64,000 nt of DNA. Source: Ionaspis alba (Eukaryota). Positions within the stretch are counted from its first letter, which is position 1; each line of letters starts with the position of its first letter. Of the stretch, positions 34,401 through 46,052 are shown piece after piece. A program made the translations under genes and the position numbers. A model generated the notes under the pieces. It made no database searches. It was not told the origin of the DNA and saw only the letters and a program-made list of their open reading frames with translations. The DNA is taken from NCBI GenBank assembly GCA_964255285.1, contig CAXUUL010000011.1:1-64000 (forward strand). The letters run 5' to 3'.

Positions 34401-35628
34401 CACTCAATCCCAGACTATCATTGCTCGTAGCGAGCCATTTCTGCACTTCTCTTCTTATGGTCCCAAGCTCGGCGCTTTCAGCCTGGTCCTTGAAATTCGG
34501 AACAGTTTCATCGGCAATGTCGAACCTTCTTGACGGGTCCAGACCGGTCCTTGGACCTTCGACGGAGCTGGGCCGTCCTGGCCTATCTTCCGCCTCATTC
34601 TCGTCGTTGAAGGTCTCCTCATCGCCGCCTTCCTCCGACGATTCATGCTCGGGAGCAGCTAGGTGGGAAGATCGACTGGTTCGACTTCTTTTACTACCGG
34701 TACGATTAATCGGGAAAGCACTTCTTGCAGGAGAATCTCCGCGACTGTACGATTCGATCAGAACCACCGGACTAGTAGTCTGTGTAAGCTCTGCTCTACT
34801 GACAGGCTCTGGGCTTGGCTCCATCGAACTGCCAGTCAGATCCGGCGTCTGCTGTGCATAAACCATGAAGTGGTCCGCCCTGACTGCTCCAGTGGCTGTG
34901 CTCTGGGATGAGTTTCTGCTCATTTTGCCTCCACCCAAAAGTCTGGTCTTGGCGGTCGGACTTGACTCCTCATTGCCCGAGCTAGGGCTCGTAGTTTCAG
35001 TCAAGACTGGACTCATCAAGTGGGAAGACAGTGTCGCCAAGCCAGTAGACTTCCGCGATAGATGACTGGCTGGCTGAGAAGTGGTAGAAGTTGCACTTGG
35101 AGGCTCTTCGACGGCTTCTATGGCCGCATCTTGTAAGAAACCAGTGCCAAGGCTGTCTTCTGGAAGAGGAAGAGGCCCAAAGTCAGCTTCAAGGAGGAAG
35201 GTGTTGTCGAAGACTTGTGCAGCATATTCATTCATGCTGGGATTCTCAAAGTCGGATGGGTAACCATTTGTAGAACTTGTGCCGTTGTAGGAATATGGAC
35301 TGTCCTCGGTTTCTGGTGAAGTTGCACTCTTTGCAAGGTCGTTATCAGTCAGCTGATGGCGATCCAGTGCGTATGCCTCTCCACCCCTGAGACCGGTGCT
35401 GGAGAAGTGATCGTGATGCGAGATCGTCGGAGTGGTCTGGTCCGAGTTGTGCAGTGCGGACTGCCTGCTAGCGTATATGTTCGTGGCATCGAAATCAGCG
35501 TCAAATTGTGTCAATCGCTCTTCGCCCGGTGACAAAGGTAGGAAAGGATCGAAGAAGGTCTGTTTATTGAAAGCGACCATTCGGGACGAATGGCCTTCAG
35601 CCGTAGGTGCGGAGGTCGTCGCCGACAT
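31498..35628 (-). CDS. Large C2H2 zinc-finger protein (about 1376 aa) with a Gln/His-rich C-terminus [ZF2]
   Basis: Long uninterrupted ORF; the first ATG is at 35628 (the track start at 35709 is GTG). Fingers: FECPLC..PSDWSKHVHED, FTCTFPTC..FKRKADWVRHENERH, WTCTEDGC..YRRDNFVQHLVREH and CRFCG..WKKLTVHLARH. Confidence 0.88.
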   Translation of the reverse strand: MSATTSAPTAEGHSSRMVAFNKQTFFDPFLPLSPGEERLTQFDADFDATNIYASRQSALHNSDQTTPTISHHDHFSSTGLRGGEAYALDRHQLTDNDLAKSATSPETEDSPYSYNGTSSTNGYPSDFENPSMNEYAAQVFDNTFLLEADFGPLPLPEDSLGTGFLQDAAIEAVEEPPSATSTTSQPASHLSRKSTGLATLSSHLMSPVLTETTSPSSGNEESSPTAKTRLLGGGKMSRNSSQSTATGAVRADHFMVYAQQTPDLTGSSMEPSPEPVSRAELTQTTSPVVLIESYSRGDSPARSAFPINRTGSKRSRTSRSSHLAAPEHESSEEGGDEETFNDENEAEDRPGRPSSVEGPRTGLDPSRRFDIADETVPNFKDQAESAELGTIRREVQKWLATSNDSLGLSAEPNTSSSTGGYHLSGSRRRAKSACDPHQLERPTLSWGYSETDKPHSQDQEPSPTLKRKPSRETHEEFGKESDNASYSNTVARINQDIDIPWTVDDDQANIPGERKPEDAHPWTDPIYFPSHPEAVGQPSTSNAAMVRFAKRAADIETASRAATWGTTTRRMSEADLERIIGSEGLFSRLSISRDKGKDKSERRGSFLEQVEQAAAKLIPKRSNSNMRRKASEPTKLQHGQPLSNEHNRKDSLYGRKDSLQSRKDNVRDRKESLGSRTGSTSVAATLRRIPSTSKRPKSPKLNTGGAVAAMATQLATVGANGSISPTTSSSQAGAWQAIKRTARGEFHRTTSNEHEEPGLAALWDRQGGPPLPTLKSTPEEKDKIAPFGLPMVDDDEDVDSDGMVDEKGTPVEFDIKREPIVPTYDGFKSNVRIVTPKLAPYLVDRIGQEQLRRYKKLVEFKVKHAQAKQLGNCESGEQCVDKGGLPKYFPSKVSHKEPVYSHTGFSITGQEDLDEDEEAVADGAVSEAQFPPGVPVPPVKRLPAQFECPLCFTVKKFQKPSDWSKHVHEDLQPFTCTFPTCPDPKSFKRKADWVRHENERHRQLEWWTCTEDGCSHQCYRRDNFVQHLVREHKMPEPKAKTAKPNKPAVRGPAKSKARYNKESDTEIASNERVLMMVETCRHQTTKEPKEEPCRFCGITCNSWKKLTVHLARHMEQIGMPVLEMVRIQEVTADMIVSPIEQRLPSRESISPVDYNRLVRDDSMLGPLDLPVDMQNIKREFPGSYTPVQTSTGFQQSFYDNPPIGTFPWGHSSGNAAQTASQASPNGYVRGLDNAYMPDHRLYEDTAAIHAVPGTHQAGYMESPPEGTSSAAYPTIHGQMPQPQQTSYPQGQPYAVAMEQQTAFAAPGSMSRFVNQNIATTQPQQVPMAEPFGTAGDLPFSEASNASSIYTQQQQHHQLRQQQQHQHHHHHQFYPFQ
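31512..31580 (-). repeat. Coding CAR/CAY low-complexity tract (poly-Gln/His) at the ZF2 C-terminus
   Basis: Translates to QQQQHHQLRQQQQHQHHHHHQ. Confidence 0.8.
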
Positions 35629-37101
35629 GATGAGACGCAAAGGAGTCCTTATGGATGTCAAGTGCTCGAAGAGATGAGGGATGCGATGGAAAGCAGAGCT
35701 GCGAAACACAACCTCCTGGGGCTGAATCTATCGTAGCATGCTCCAGCCGAAAGGCGCATGCGGCTGGGTACACGCGAGAGCAAGGCAGAACCTCGATCTC
35801 GACAGATCGATCTTTTTCTGGCGTAATGTAATAGTCAGACACGCCAGAGCCTTATCAATCGCATGAGTACGAACAGACTGGAATGTCTCGGCCAGAGAAG
35901 ACAACCTGCCGTGTCAGATCCTCCGAGCTGGGGCTGGAGGTGGTGACAGGCGTGGATGGAATATAAGACGGCGCGAACAATGATTGATTGGTAGATTGGT
36001 GACGAGTATCAGCAATGCGCCTATAATTCATCAGATTGAGGTGTAGAAGATTGTACGAAAGTGTAGGTGCTTGGAGGAAGGTTTGAGGATGGCAAGCAAA
36101 TAGATGATTGACCGAAGAGTAACGATTGGTGGTGTTGTTGCTGGCTATTGGTGGGATAGTCCCTTGCGATGCGCTCGGCCAGGCTGACTGGGAGGCTCCC
36201 CTCGCTCTTCCCCAGGGAGTCGAATACGACCAAATAGCTGAGAGCCTTGGTGGAGCAGCACCCAGACAGGCGAAAGGTAGGGCTTCCTCAGAGTCTCAGG
36301 GACGAGAGCGACAGCATCAGGGGCTCCCTGTTTCTCAAAGACCTCATGGACGTCTCTCTGTTATCGCTTTGTTATTGTTGCTAGTGTCGCTGTCTGACAA
36401 TCGAGGGAGGAGCACTACTACGCGAGATCAATCGCAGCTATCTAGAAGAAAGCGGTCTTCAAAGTCCTCGAATATTGGAGTTTCACTACGACATAGTACC
36501 CTTGCGATGCCAACGAGGCGGTGACAAGAAGACCTTGACTGACCATGAACAGGCACTGCATATGGGTATCTCTAGGACGCTTGTCATACTCTAGTCCTAG
36601 GTAGTCCTGTCAATAAGGCCGACTCAGCCTCACCGGTGCTTTTCTTTCCTCTCGCTCTCTCTCGTCTCTCGACTGACAGTGAGTTAGAAACGTGCATGAT
36701 AGTTCATCCCCGATCGAGCAGGTATGATCGAGTCATCTTCTCTCCGTAGGGCAGATCTGTTAGCAGCACAGGGCCACACTTTGCTCCGCAGTAGAGATAG
36801 ATTCTCTATGGGCACTGTCGCATGTCATCTTCCCGGTGAGCTTTTGCGCAGCTGGTATCCCCTCTGTTCTCTTGGCAATTGTTCATGCTACACCGGTAGA
36901 AGAACATGTTCGCCGCACTACTTTTGCACAGCCCAGAGCAGACAGATGCTCAACCAAGCTCTGTCATTACGATTCGCCGGTGTCTTTAAGTATCCAAGGG
37001 ATTCGGCATCTGTCGTCTGGCACGGCCACCGGCTATGATCTATCCTTCGGCGGAAGGTGTTGGAAAGACACTTCTTGTTGGGTAAGCCTTGGCACGGTCG
37101 T

Positions 37102-40100
37102 TTACCAGGCTTCACTTCTTGGAAGCGTGTCGTTCTTAGATCCACCTGGGCCATTCGTTACTGGCTCAGCGGCCGCTACTCCTTGGGACCCAGAACTCCG
37201 TCGCTCTGAATCACCTGAATAAGCCCTGGACCGGGCAAGGTGGCTCGAAAAACCACGCAGCTCACCTTCCAATGCCTCATCACTTCCCAGTGCCAATGAC
37301 CTAAGGGCATTAGACGCCGGCAATGCCCCTGGCCGATCGGACGATGTTCCCCTTGGTTCTTGGGAACCTACGGGCAAAGAAGCCACTCTGATGGTCACCT
37401 CCACCGGCTTGTCGCTGTTCGTCACAGCATCCGGATCCGCCTTTTTGAACAGTTTGCCTGTTCCAGTGTCGATACCTTCATCAGGTTGCGCACTGTGCTG
37501 CAGAACTGTCTCTCGATAATCACAACAGATGCTGTCAGCTGAATACAATGCCATCCCTCGGGAATAAATGCATCCACTGTCCTCCTCGTTGGATTCATCG
37601 AGCATCTCCTTGTGTGTCGATTCCCGTCTAACAAAAGGAAATAGAGGCAGAGCTTTCTCCGATGCCATCTGAACTACATTTCTGCTCTCCCGTGCGATAT
37701 TGCCCGAGCCGTCATGGTCGAACATCGTGGGATGCTGCGTCGGATTCATACTAACAGTCACCATCTGTTTTTCGAGTCTAGTCGCTGTCAGCTAAGGCTC
37801 TGTTCACATTGGTATTAATGACAAACCGTGCGTATCTCCACGTCTCTGCTGCAAGTTTGACTATCCTTTGTATGGCGACTTGTACCTGATCTTGTTCATT
37901 CGGACATGTCAGATACTCGATTTCGTCCTTGATTTCTTGGACAATGCCAGCCGCGACTCGGTTGACTGCCTGTTTGGCCCCTGTCGCCGTATATGCAGCA
38001 TGCAGTGTCTGCTGCCGCCAACTTGCCTCGCGTCTGGTCGACTTATGCCGAAGTTGCTGGGACATACTCTCAAGCAATTGATTGGCGACATCATGTCGGT
38101 GGTTCAGCGTGAAAAGAAAGGGTTGAAAGATCCTTCGGGTGAGGACACTTGAGATGATATGCTTCACGCAAGCAGCTCGGACTTGGACAGCCGTCCGACT
38201 GTCGGTGCTGATATCACGAAGAGCGGCAGGTAATGCCCTTATCAGGGTCTCAGGCACTTCCTCGGTCAGGATGCCTTTGCAGTGGTTTCTTGCAAGCTCA
38301 AAAATGTGCCTGCGTAATTGGTTGAATGCCTCGATGCTACATGGCAATGGATAATCAGCCTTGCTTGATTGGATCCTAATCCTTACGATTCACGATTCGT
38401 TCTTGAACTTACAATAAGCCGGCCAGGTGTGACTTGAAAACGGGTAAGGTCTGACATCGGTGATGTTAACTTACAAGTATGCGTCACCTCGACTCTTGAA
38501 GTCTGTCACCTCCCCGAGAGCTTCCAGCATTCTCTGTAGATTGGCGTTCTCCATATCGAGATTCGCGGCTACAGATTTAAGTTCTGTTGTTGCTTTAGCA
38601 AAGTTGATTTTGTCAGCTTCCCATGCTATTTTGAGCCTTTCCACTTCCTGCCGAAGGACGGTGTTCTCTTCCTGTAGAAGCTTGCTTTTATCTGCCCCGA
38701 TTGATTGCAATCCTTGGCATAAAGGTTTCTTCTTCTCGTCACGTTCTGTTTGGACGTCCCTGGTGTGCCCTTCCCAGCTTCTGGCTGTGTTTTGTTGTTC
38801 CGTGTCGCAGTCTCCGTCATGCAGTATATCTTCAGCCTTAGACCATCGGGCCTCCTGTACCTCCCTCAACGCATCCTCAAGGTTATCTTGACATGCCGCT
38901 AAAGCTGCTTGGATGTCCTGCTTGCTGTTGGAATGTTGAGCCTCGAGATCGCTCCTCTTTTGTCGCCGTTCTACGTCAAGTTTGGCAAGCTCTTTCCTAC
39001 GGTTCTCCTCTATTTCGAACAGGCTCTCTGAGATTGATACTTCAGCTTTTATATTGTCCTGAAGCTCAGATCCGAGAACATCCTCCCTCTTCTCAAACTC
39101 CTCATGTGCTTTATTCTTCCATAGCTGAAAGTCTTGGATCACGTTGCGGTTTCCTTCCTCTGCCCCGTCAAGCAGCAACTGGAACTCGCCTTGCAAATCA
39201 CGGTGGGCAACCTCAAGTCTTTCTTTCTCTGCCAACATGGACGAACTCTCATCCTGTAGCTCTTTGTGTTTCTCCTCCAGGCTACTGATCTGTAATCGAA
39301 GCTCACACCTCTCGGTGGAGTGCTTCCGAGAACTTTCTTCCAATTCCTTGACAAGGCCGTCGATATAGGCTTCCTTCTGCCTGGTCATTTCGGCTCTTTG
39401 AGCTTCAGCCTGACGAATACTTTTTTTCCGAGCTTCAAGTTGAACAGACATTTCTCGATACAGATCTAGCAGAAGATGTAAGTCAGGTATTGCACTCTCA
39501 ACTCGACGGAGCAGTTCGGCTTGTCCAGTCTCCAGGATCTGGCCGCCCTCTTTGCCAATGTCATTACTTTGAAATTGATCAGTTCCGCTGGACAACAGTG
39601 AATTTGGAGGATAGGCGTGCATAGCAAAGCCGTGGGCTTGTGCTAGGCTAGACATTGTTCTACCTGGCATAAAGTTTGAAGGCGGAGCACATGCAGAGCC
39701 ATAGTCTGGGTAGTACGAACGGGCATGAGCTCGGACCTGCTGAAGGTCCATAGGTTGGCTATTGGATCCATTCATAGGATGCTGGTATGACCCAGGATAG
39801 CTTGGGTAAGCGTAGGGCTCGTTCCGGAACCCCAAAGGCAAAGGTATTGGACATGCAAAAGACTGTCCTGAGGCTTCCGAGGCACTCAATGTCGAAGGGT
39901 CGGGGGTATATGATATAGCCGAATTCCGATATTGGACAGGTGAATATGCGGCTACCATTGGTATAGGGCTCGCGAATTGTAGCGAAGCAACACTGATATC
40001 ATCTGTGTTGAAAGAGCCTTCTAGAGACTGCTGGCTTTCCTTCTGAGCTGTTGGGGCAGGATGAGCCTGATCCGGACTCAGAGACATATTCGCCTCCGTC

Positions 40101-40468
40101 GTGCTAATGGGTGCCGAGTCTTCCTCTAAGTACGGTCGAAGTGACGCCGGAATGTGGAGTTGGGAGGGTAGCTGAATGATTCTATCACATCTTGATGAGA
40201 GTTGTTTTCCTCTCAGCACTGGGGACGAAGCTGTGGAGGGCGACGGGCGACCTGAAGAAGGGAGTGGCGGTAGGTGATCGAGGACAGCGTTTTCGTCTGC
40301 TAGCGTATCTGGTTGAACGTTGTGAAGTGCTTGCGGAGGGATAGTTTCACGCCCTGCACGTGTTTTTAACCGCCTGCTATTATTTTGTGGGATAGAGTTC
40401 CGAGTCTCCTTGTCTTTCGGTCGACGACTACGTATTGAAGCAGAGGAGCCCGAATGTGAGAATGGCAT
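37102..40468 (-). CDS. Fungal coiled-coil protein of unknown function, 3 exons
   Basis: ORFs 38471-40486, 37778-38347 and 37102-37764 join in frame through introns 38474-38337 and 37826-37778. Ser/Pro-rich N-terminus, long Glu/Lys/Gln coiled coil, then a globular-looking domain (RIFQPFLFTL..KSTRREASWRQQTL..IVKLAAETWRYARLE). First ATG at 40468. Confidence 0.78.
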
Positions 40469-41421
40469 GATGTTGTCTGGAGGCACCGACGCCTAAGATT
40501 CAGGAGAGATAGAGAAAATAGTACAGGGTTTTCTGGGAACGCTGGCTCTTACCAGGTCCGCAATTGCGCAGCATTATACTGTATATTTGAAAAGCACATA
40601 CAGACTGGTGGATGTACTAAATAAAGAGGACAAATCTCCACGACCCGGTGAATCTCGGACGAATAGGGCCAAGTACTATAATTGTTACCAACGAACAATG
40701 AGGTCGCATAATGTCATTGATGGCGGTGGGCACCAGGGTATGGAGTTGCTTGCCTGCTGCATACAATTCACCAGACCACCAATGACTTATTATCCTGGAA
40801 AATTGAGCCACTGTAAATCCCAAATATTGATTATACCATACTGGCTTGTACAAGTACCCCAGAGACAGACACAATCTTGCCATGTCTGTTGTTCGCAATC
40901 ACGCATCGAGACAAAAAGGCATTGCTGGTGTGTGCAAAAAGTGAAATTGAAACCGAGCTCATGTTTCCTCACATACTAGCTGAAGAGCCGGTCAAAACGA
41001 TGATTGGGTGATAATGGCGTTGGGCAGCAATGCAAATTGGATGCACACCACTTGGGAATGTCACGAGCGAATGAAGCTGTATGGAGCACACTTTCTTGGG
41101 TATAAGGACTGCCGCTCTTTGTACTCTGCATGAACCTCTGCAGACTTGGGCCGACACTACTGCCGGTCCCGAGAAAACCGGCAATGTCTGGATGTGTTTG
41201 TCAAAAGGACTTCCATGGCACGCTTGTGCACCGAAGGACATGATTAGATTGTGATGAGCACAGATGAAAGAGCTTGTCGTATGATAAGACTCCACGAGGC
41301 ACACACCCCGATGAACCACCACCACGTTGTGGAAATTCCAACTTCCATCTTTAGCTGTTGGTATCTAGTCTACTGGTACAAGTTTTGTACTTGCTGATAG
41401 TTGTCGCCAACACGGTAGCCA

Positions 41422-44087
41422 TCATTCCACCCTCAGCATCCTCGCGCCTCTCCTCTTAGCAGCCTTCTTCTTTCTGTTTCCCCTATCGAACGCTACAGCA
41501 CTCGCATGGTCTCTTCCCAGGTTATCCAGATCCTTAACCTTGTAGATTCTGATGATCCAATTCTCGCTCGTAAATGCCTCCTCCAAGGTGTTCAACTGGG
41601 GTCCTTCATTAGGCAATTTCGAACCACGAACTCGATCCATAGCCTGGCCCGCAGGAAACAGCGAATGGTAATTGTAGTAGGACATCTTATACCTGGTCAG
41701 AGTGTCAACAGTGGATCCCTCGAACCAGTCATATGCGGTGTTGATAACCTACATCAAGCTGTTCCTCATGGTCGGGGAAGCTTCGTCATCCACTCTGTAC
41801 TCGCCACGTGCAGTGAAGTAATCGCGTTCTTTCACTTGGTCGGGCCAGATACCCTCGGCAATCCGCACCATCCATAGAAACTTGTTGATGTCGTCCCCAG
41901 AATACCCCAACAGACCCCCGAAGACGATAAGCACGTAATCAACATCGTGCTCTCTGAGTATTGGATAGCTAATCTCCTCCCTCGAACTCATTGCCTTTCC
42001 CACCGTTGCGATATGTGTGTTGTTCCAAGTATTGTTGTCCACTAGCGTTGGTCTGTCGGCCATCCCGCCAATTTGATAGCCATAATCCCACCAAGACATC
42101 ACCTTGGCATTCTCGGCCGTGTTTTGTCGGAGCCAGTAATATGCTTCTCGATAATCGTCGATAATATGCTGGCTGCCATCAGGCAGTTTACTTGCAAGCA
42201 CCACCGAGGGCGACGAGTAAGCGTTCGAAGTCACCCAAGTGCAGTGGAGCACAAAGAGGAGAAGATATGTAGTGATCATACCCACAACTGACACTTTGGA
42301 TACCACTGAGTAGATTCCAATGATTGGATTCCTGGTCGAACGGAGTGAGTCCTGAAGCACCGAAGTCGCGACCTTGATTCTCTCGCCTTCCACATTGCCA
42401 TTGGTTTGTCCATCCTCGACTGGAGAGTCTGCAACTAGGTAGGCGTCGAGAATGTTTGAGAGCGCCAGCGCCGCGGCCACGCATACGACTGGCGTCAAGG
42501 TCAACATTAACCTCACCATCACACCGGCGAAATAGCTAGCAAGGACAGCGTATATGATTACAAAGACCTGCTCATCTTTCAATTGTCGGAAGCACATGTA
42601 AACTCCCGCAGGGAAAAGCCATATCAATAGACTGAGATCGAAGAAGAAGGCAGGCCACGCCGTAGGCTGATGCTCCGAGACAGACGCAATGATAGGAATA
42701 TGGATCTTCGCGTAGCCAGTGTCCCACAGAGAGTAGAAACGACCAGTCCAAGGTGCAATGGTCCCAGAAACTGTCAAAAGAACGAGACCACCCAGTGACA
42801 CTACGAATAAAACCAATATCAGTCTTCTTAGAAGCGTGCGGAATTGTTTGTTGGGGACTTGTTGGCGAATGAATTCCACGAAGGCCACGAGTTGCAGTAG
42901 ACCGAAAACACCTGTGAGAGTTAGTTGGTACGAGTGGAAAGGGGATGCGACTTGACAGACCCAACGCTGACATATGCTCACTACTCCGGATTGGAAGGAA
43001 CCCCACGAAAGGAATCTGCATGCTGGCCAATGTTCCGAGCGCAAACCAAGTACTGTAGCTTACATAAAGCCTAGGACTATATCTGCCCATCAAAATGAGC
43101 ACGAATGCATGCAAGGGCAATAAATTTGTGATGAAGACATAGCCTCCCCAGGCCGACACCATGTAGCCATAAAATAGAGCGGTCAATGCGCCCCACATAG
43201 CCGATCCATTCTTGACTGACTTGATCCAGAGGTAGAAGGTAAAGACAAGTAGAAATATTGCTATCGCCTCGTTGTCATAACTGCCGGCCACAGATCGTGA
43301 AATATAGCCGGGGGCAATACCCATGAAAACAGCCGCAAGAAGTCCCGCCGAGGGCGACAGGGACATTTCGGATGTTAAGAGGTAAGATGCGAAGGCAGTG
43401 AGGCCGGAACAGGCAGGTGCGAGGAGCACACAGATATTTCGAATATCAACTGGCAAGGAAAGCAAACGTAAAAGGTGATAGATTATACCGCTGGTAACCA
43501 TCAGTCCAGGGTAGAGTGTACCTCCAGTAACACGGCCAAGCGGATGCCACGTTCCTGTAAAGGGGACAGTATTGTCAGTTTGTATATTCTTCTCCAATAC
43601 AATATCACTCGAAGCTTCCATCTCTTCGATGCCGTCCAGATATTGCAAAGGAAGTCAAAGCAGGAGGTCTTACTGTCATCGAACCAGTCCCAGAAATTGT
43701 AGAATCCATGTTGCACCAGATACTTCGTGGCGCGGAAATTGAACCAAGGATCAACTGTCACATAAGTCAGTTTACTGGAAGCATTCGAGATCGACGTGAT
43801 GTTTTCGGCTTGAGGCGATATGATAGCAAGATCGGTCGAGGAGATCAACTGACATTCATGGATGATGCTCTCAAAACCTAGGAACAAACATCCGTCAGCA
43901 TCATTTTGATGATGGAGTACGTATACGCGGAGGATGTTGACATACGAATGACACTGAACAATCGACTGGCCACTGCAGCCGCAGCAATGGTGCAAAGTAT
44001 AATGAGTCGAAGGAGACCCCTCGTGTTGCGGCCACTATCGCCTTTGAGAAAGGGCTCAATCGAGCTGGCCGACGTCGAAAGCGACAT
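41422..44087 (-). CDS. stt3: Oligosaccharyltransferase catalytic subunit STT3, multi-exon
   Basis: RLFSVIR^FESIIHE^FDPWFNFRAT; GGTLYPGLM; SVAGSYDNE; SVSEHQP; invariant WWDYG; DNNTWNN; DDINKFLWM; many TM helices. Confidence 0.97.
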
Positions 44088-46052
44088 CAGAAAGTGTCTT
44101 GGAGGAACTACTTCTAAGAGTCGCGCTGCCCATAGATTCTTTTCTGCTATTCACGTCCTCCAGAAGAAGTGTCCAGTTCACGATCTTGGCAGGGCTGACG
44201 TTTGCGCGAAGTGTTCGGCAGAACTTAGGACGAGCTAAACCCTTTCTGCAGTGGTCGCGAGCCCGATGCTTGTGGTCATAAAATGGGGAGATTTGGGACA
44301 TACAATTGTGGAACGTCCGGGCGATTTTGAGAGCTGAGAACTCAACGAACGACCCAGCTTAGAATGCGACACATCAAAGGACTGATCGGGTACGTCCATC
44401 ACTTGTGCCGCCTGTTTGGTGAACCGCGCAAGACTGCATCACTTGCAAGCACAGTTGTGATGTGTAACATGATGGCTTGGCTATCTAAGGTAATTTGCAA
44501 ACGGCGTCGTCCCACTACCAGCGGATGGTAGAATAGGAGAATTCTCCATTGGACATGGGTCTTTTTAACCCTTGCAGCCTCTGTGCTCTCCATGAGTGTT
44601 TGGTCCAAGGCATCGCAGTCAGAGAAGTCCATTTTCTGATCACACCGGACCGTTGAACACCCATGTGTTCACCTCTACTGCGAAGAATCTCGACTGTATT
44701 TGTCGTGTTCATAATAGACGCAAGTTATGTAGAGAGGAAACCACTTGCACAGCCCAGCCAGAATGTAGATAGTAGACGCCGAGTCGAGAACACTTCGAAG
44801 CCGTGGTATGGTGGGATCCGGGTGTTCCACACCTCGACATGGTGGAAAGCGTGAGAGCAAGCCGAGAACGAAGAAGAGCAACTCATTTACCTGGGTCCTA
44901 CAACGCTGGATCCCAAGGAGAGAGTGAAGAATCAGTGTGAAAGATAGTATTGCATTCTCACAACCATGTGCAATCCGAAGTTCAATGGAGTAGCAAACAC
45001 ATCTGTAACACCAAGCACTGAGCTCTTCTGCAGGCTTTCCTTTCCATGCAGCCATTTACAGGCTTCGCAATCCCACCAAGGAATTGGTGGGCGTGACAGA
45101 GTGCCCGATCTCGCCGACGAGAACGGAAGCTCATCCAAGAGCAACCAGCAAGCACCGTAGCGTCGTCGTTCGAGACGCAGACCATATCAGGACTTGCTCG
45201 TACACTCCCACTAGCCCGTACTGCATCTTACGTGGATCCAATGCCACAAGGTAAGATACACATGGGGCCATCCACTACCATTAGTGAGGCGACCTTTTGA
45301 TCTTGGAAGGTTCCAATCCCCCCACGCCATCAAGATTCCCTTGCCAATAATAATGTCAAGTCGGGCTCAAGGCACCCCAGAAGGCTTTCTCCTTCCCGCC
45401 GCACTTCTCGCAATGGGAAAAGCATTTACTGTCGACATCTGCAATGCTTGAATTCTAAACTGGGATGAGGATCAATCGATCCAACCAGCTGGCAGGCCAC
45501 CCTACGCCCGACGGATCCTCTCGCACCCTTCCGAGTGGCCGCCTCGTTTTTACAGAGAAATCGCGCACCTGCAGTCCGACCGCCCAGGATTCATTGGGTC
45601 AACTCCTCATCCTCCGTCAACTCGGTATTCATGCTCGCTCTGCATACATGGCCTGCTGACTCCCGTGTCCCGGGCGTTGACAGGCTCACTACGTGATCGG
45701 GGTCCAGTCCAGTTGGTCGACTGCTTTCTCGGCTTGCTATTAATCTGTTGAGGAGGCCCCTCCGGAAATCCACTCCAACATCAGATTCTGTTTTATCGCT
45801 GCTTCATTGACTGCCTTGCCTTCTACCACGATTGCTTGCCATCAAACTTGTCAAGCTCGTTGCCAGTACCTCCGCTCTTACACTGTCGATGACACCTCCG
45901 CTGATTGAGAACGTTGACAAGGTTTGCTACGCTGTTTCCTACGCAATCCGAAGACTGACCTGTGGTTCTAGTATCGGCCTTGAAGGCAGCCGGACGGATT
46001 ACAACTCGAGACCCCGCTGTCCTTTGGACATAGTTCGATACGAGACCTAGCT

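Noticed and set aside
35629..35709. N-terminal extension of ZF2 in the ORF track
   Set aside because: It starts at GTG under bacterial-style calling and nothing supports non-AUG initiation. The same applies to the track starts at 40486 and 57782.
38337..38474. Second GTAAGT donor inside the intron, suggesting a microexon or twin intron
   Set aside because: The candidate 20-nt internal exon would break the frame, and a single 138-nt intron already restores the protein.
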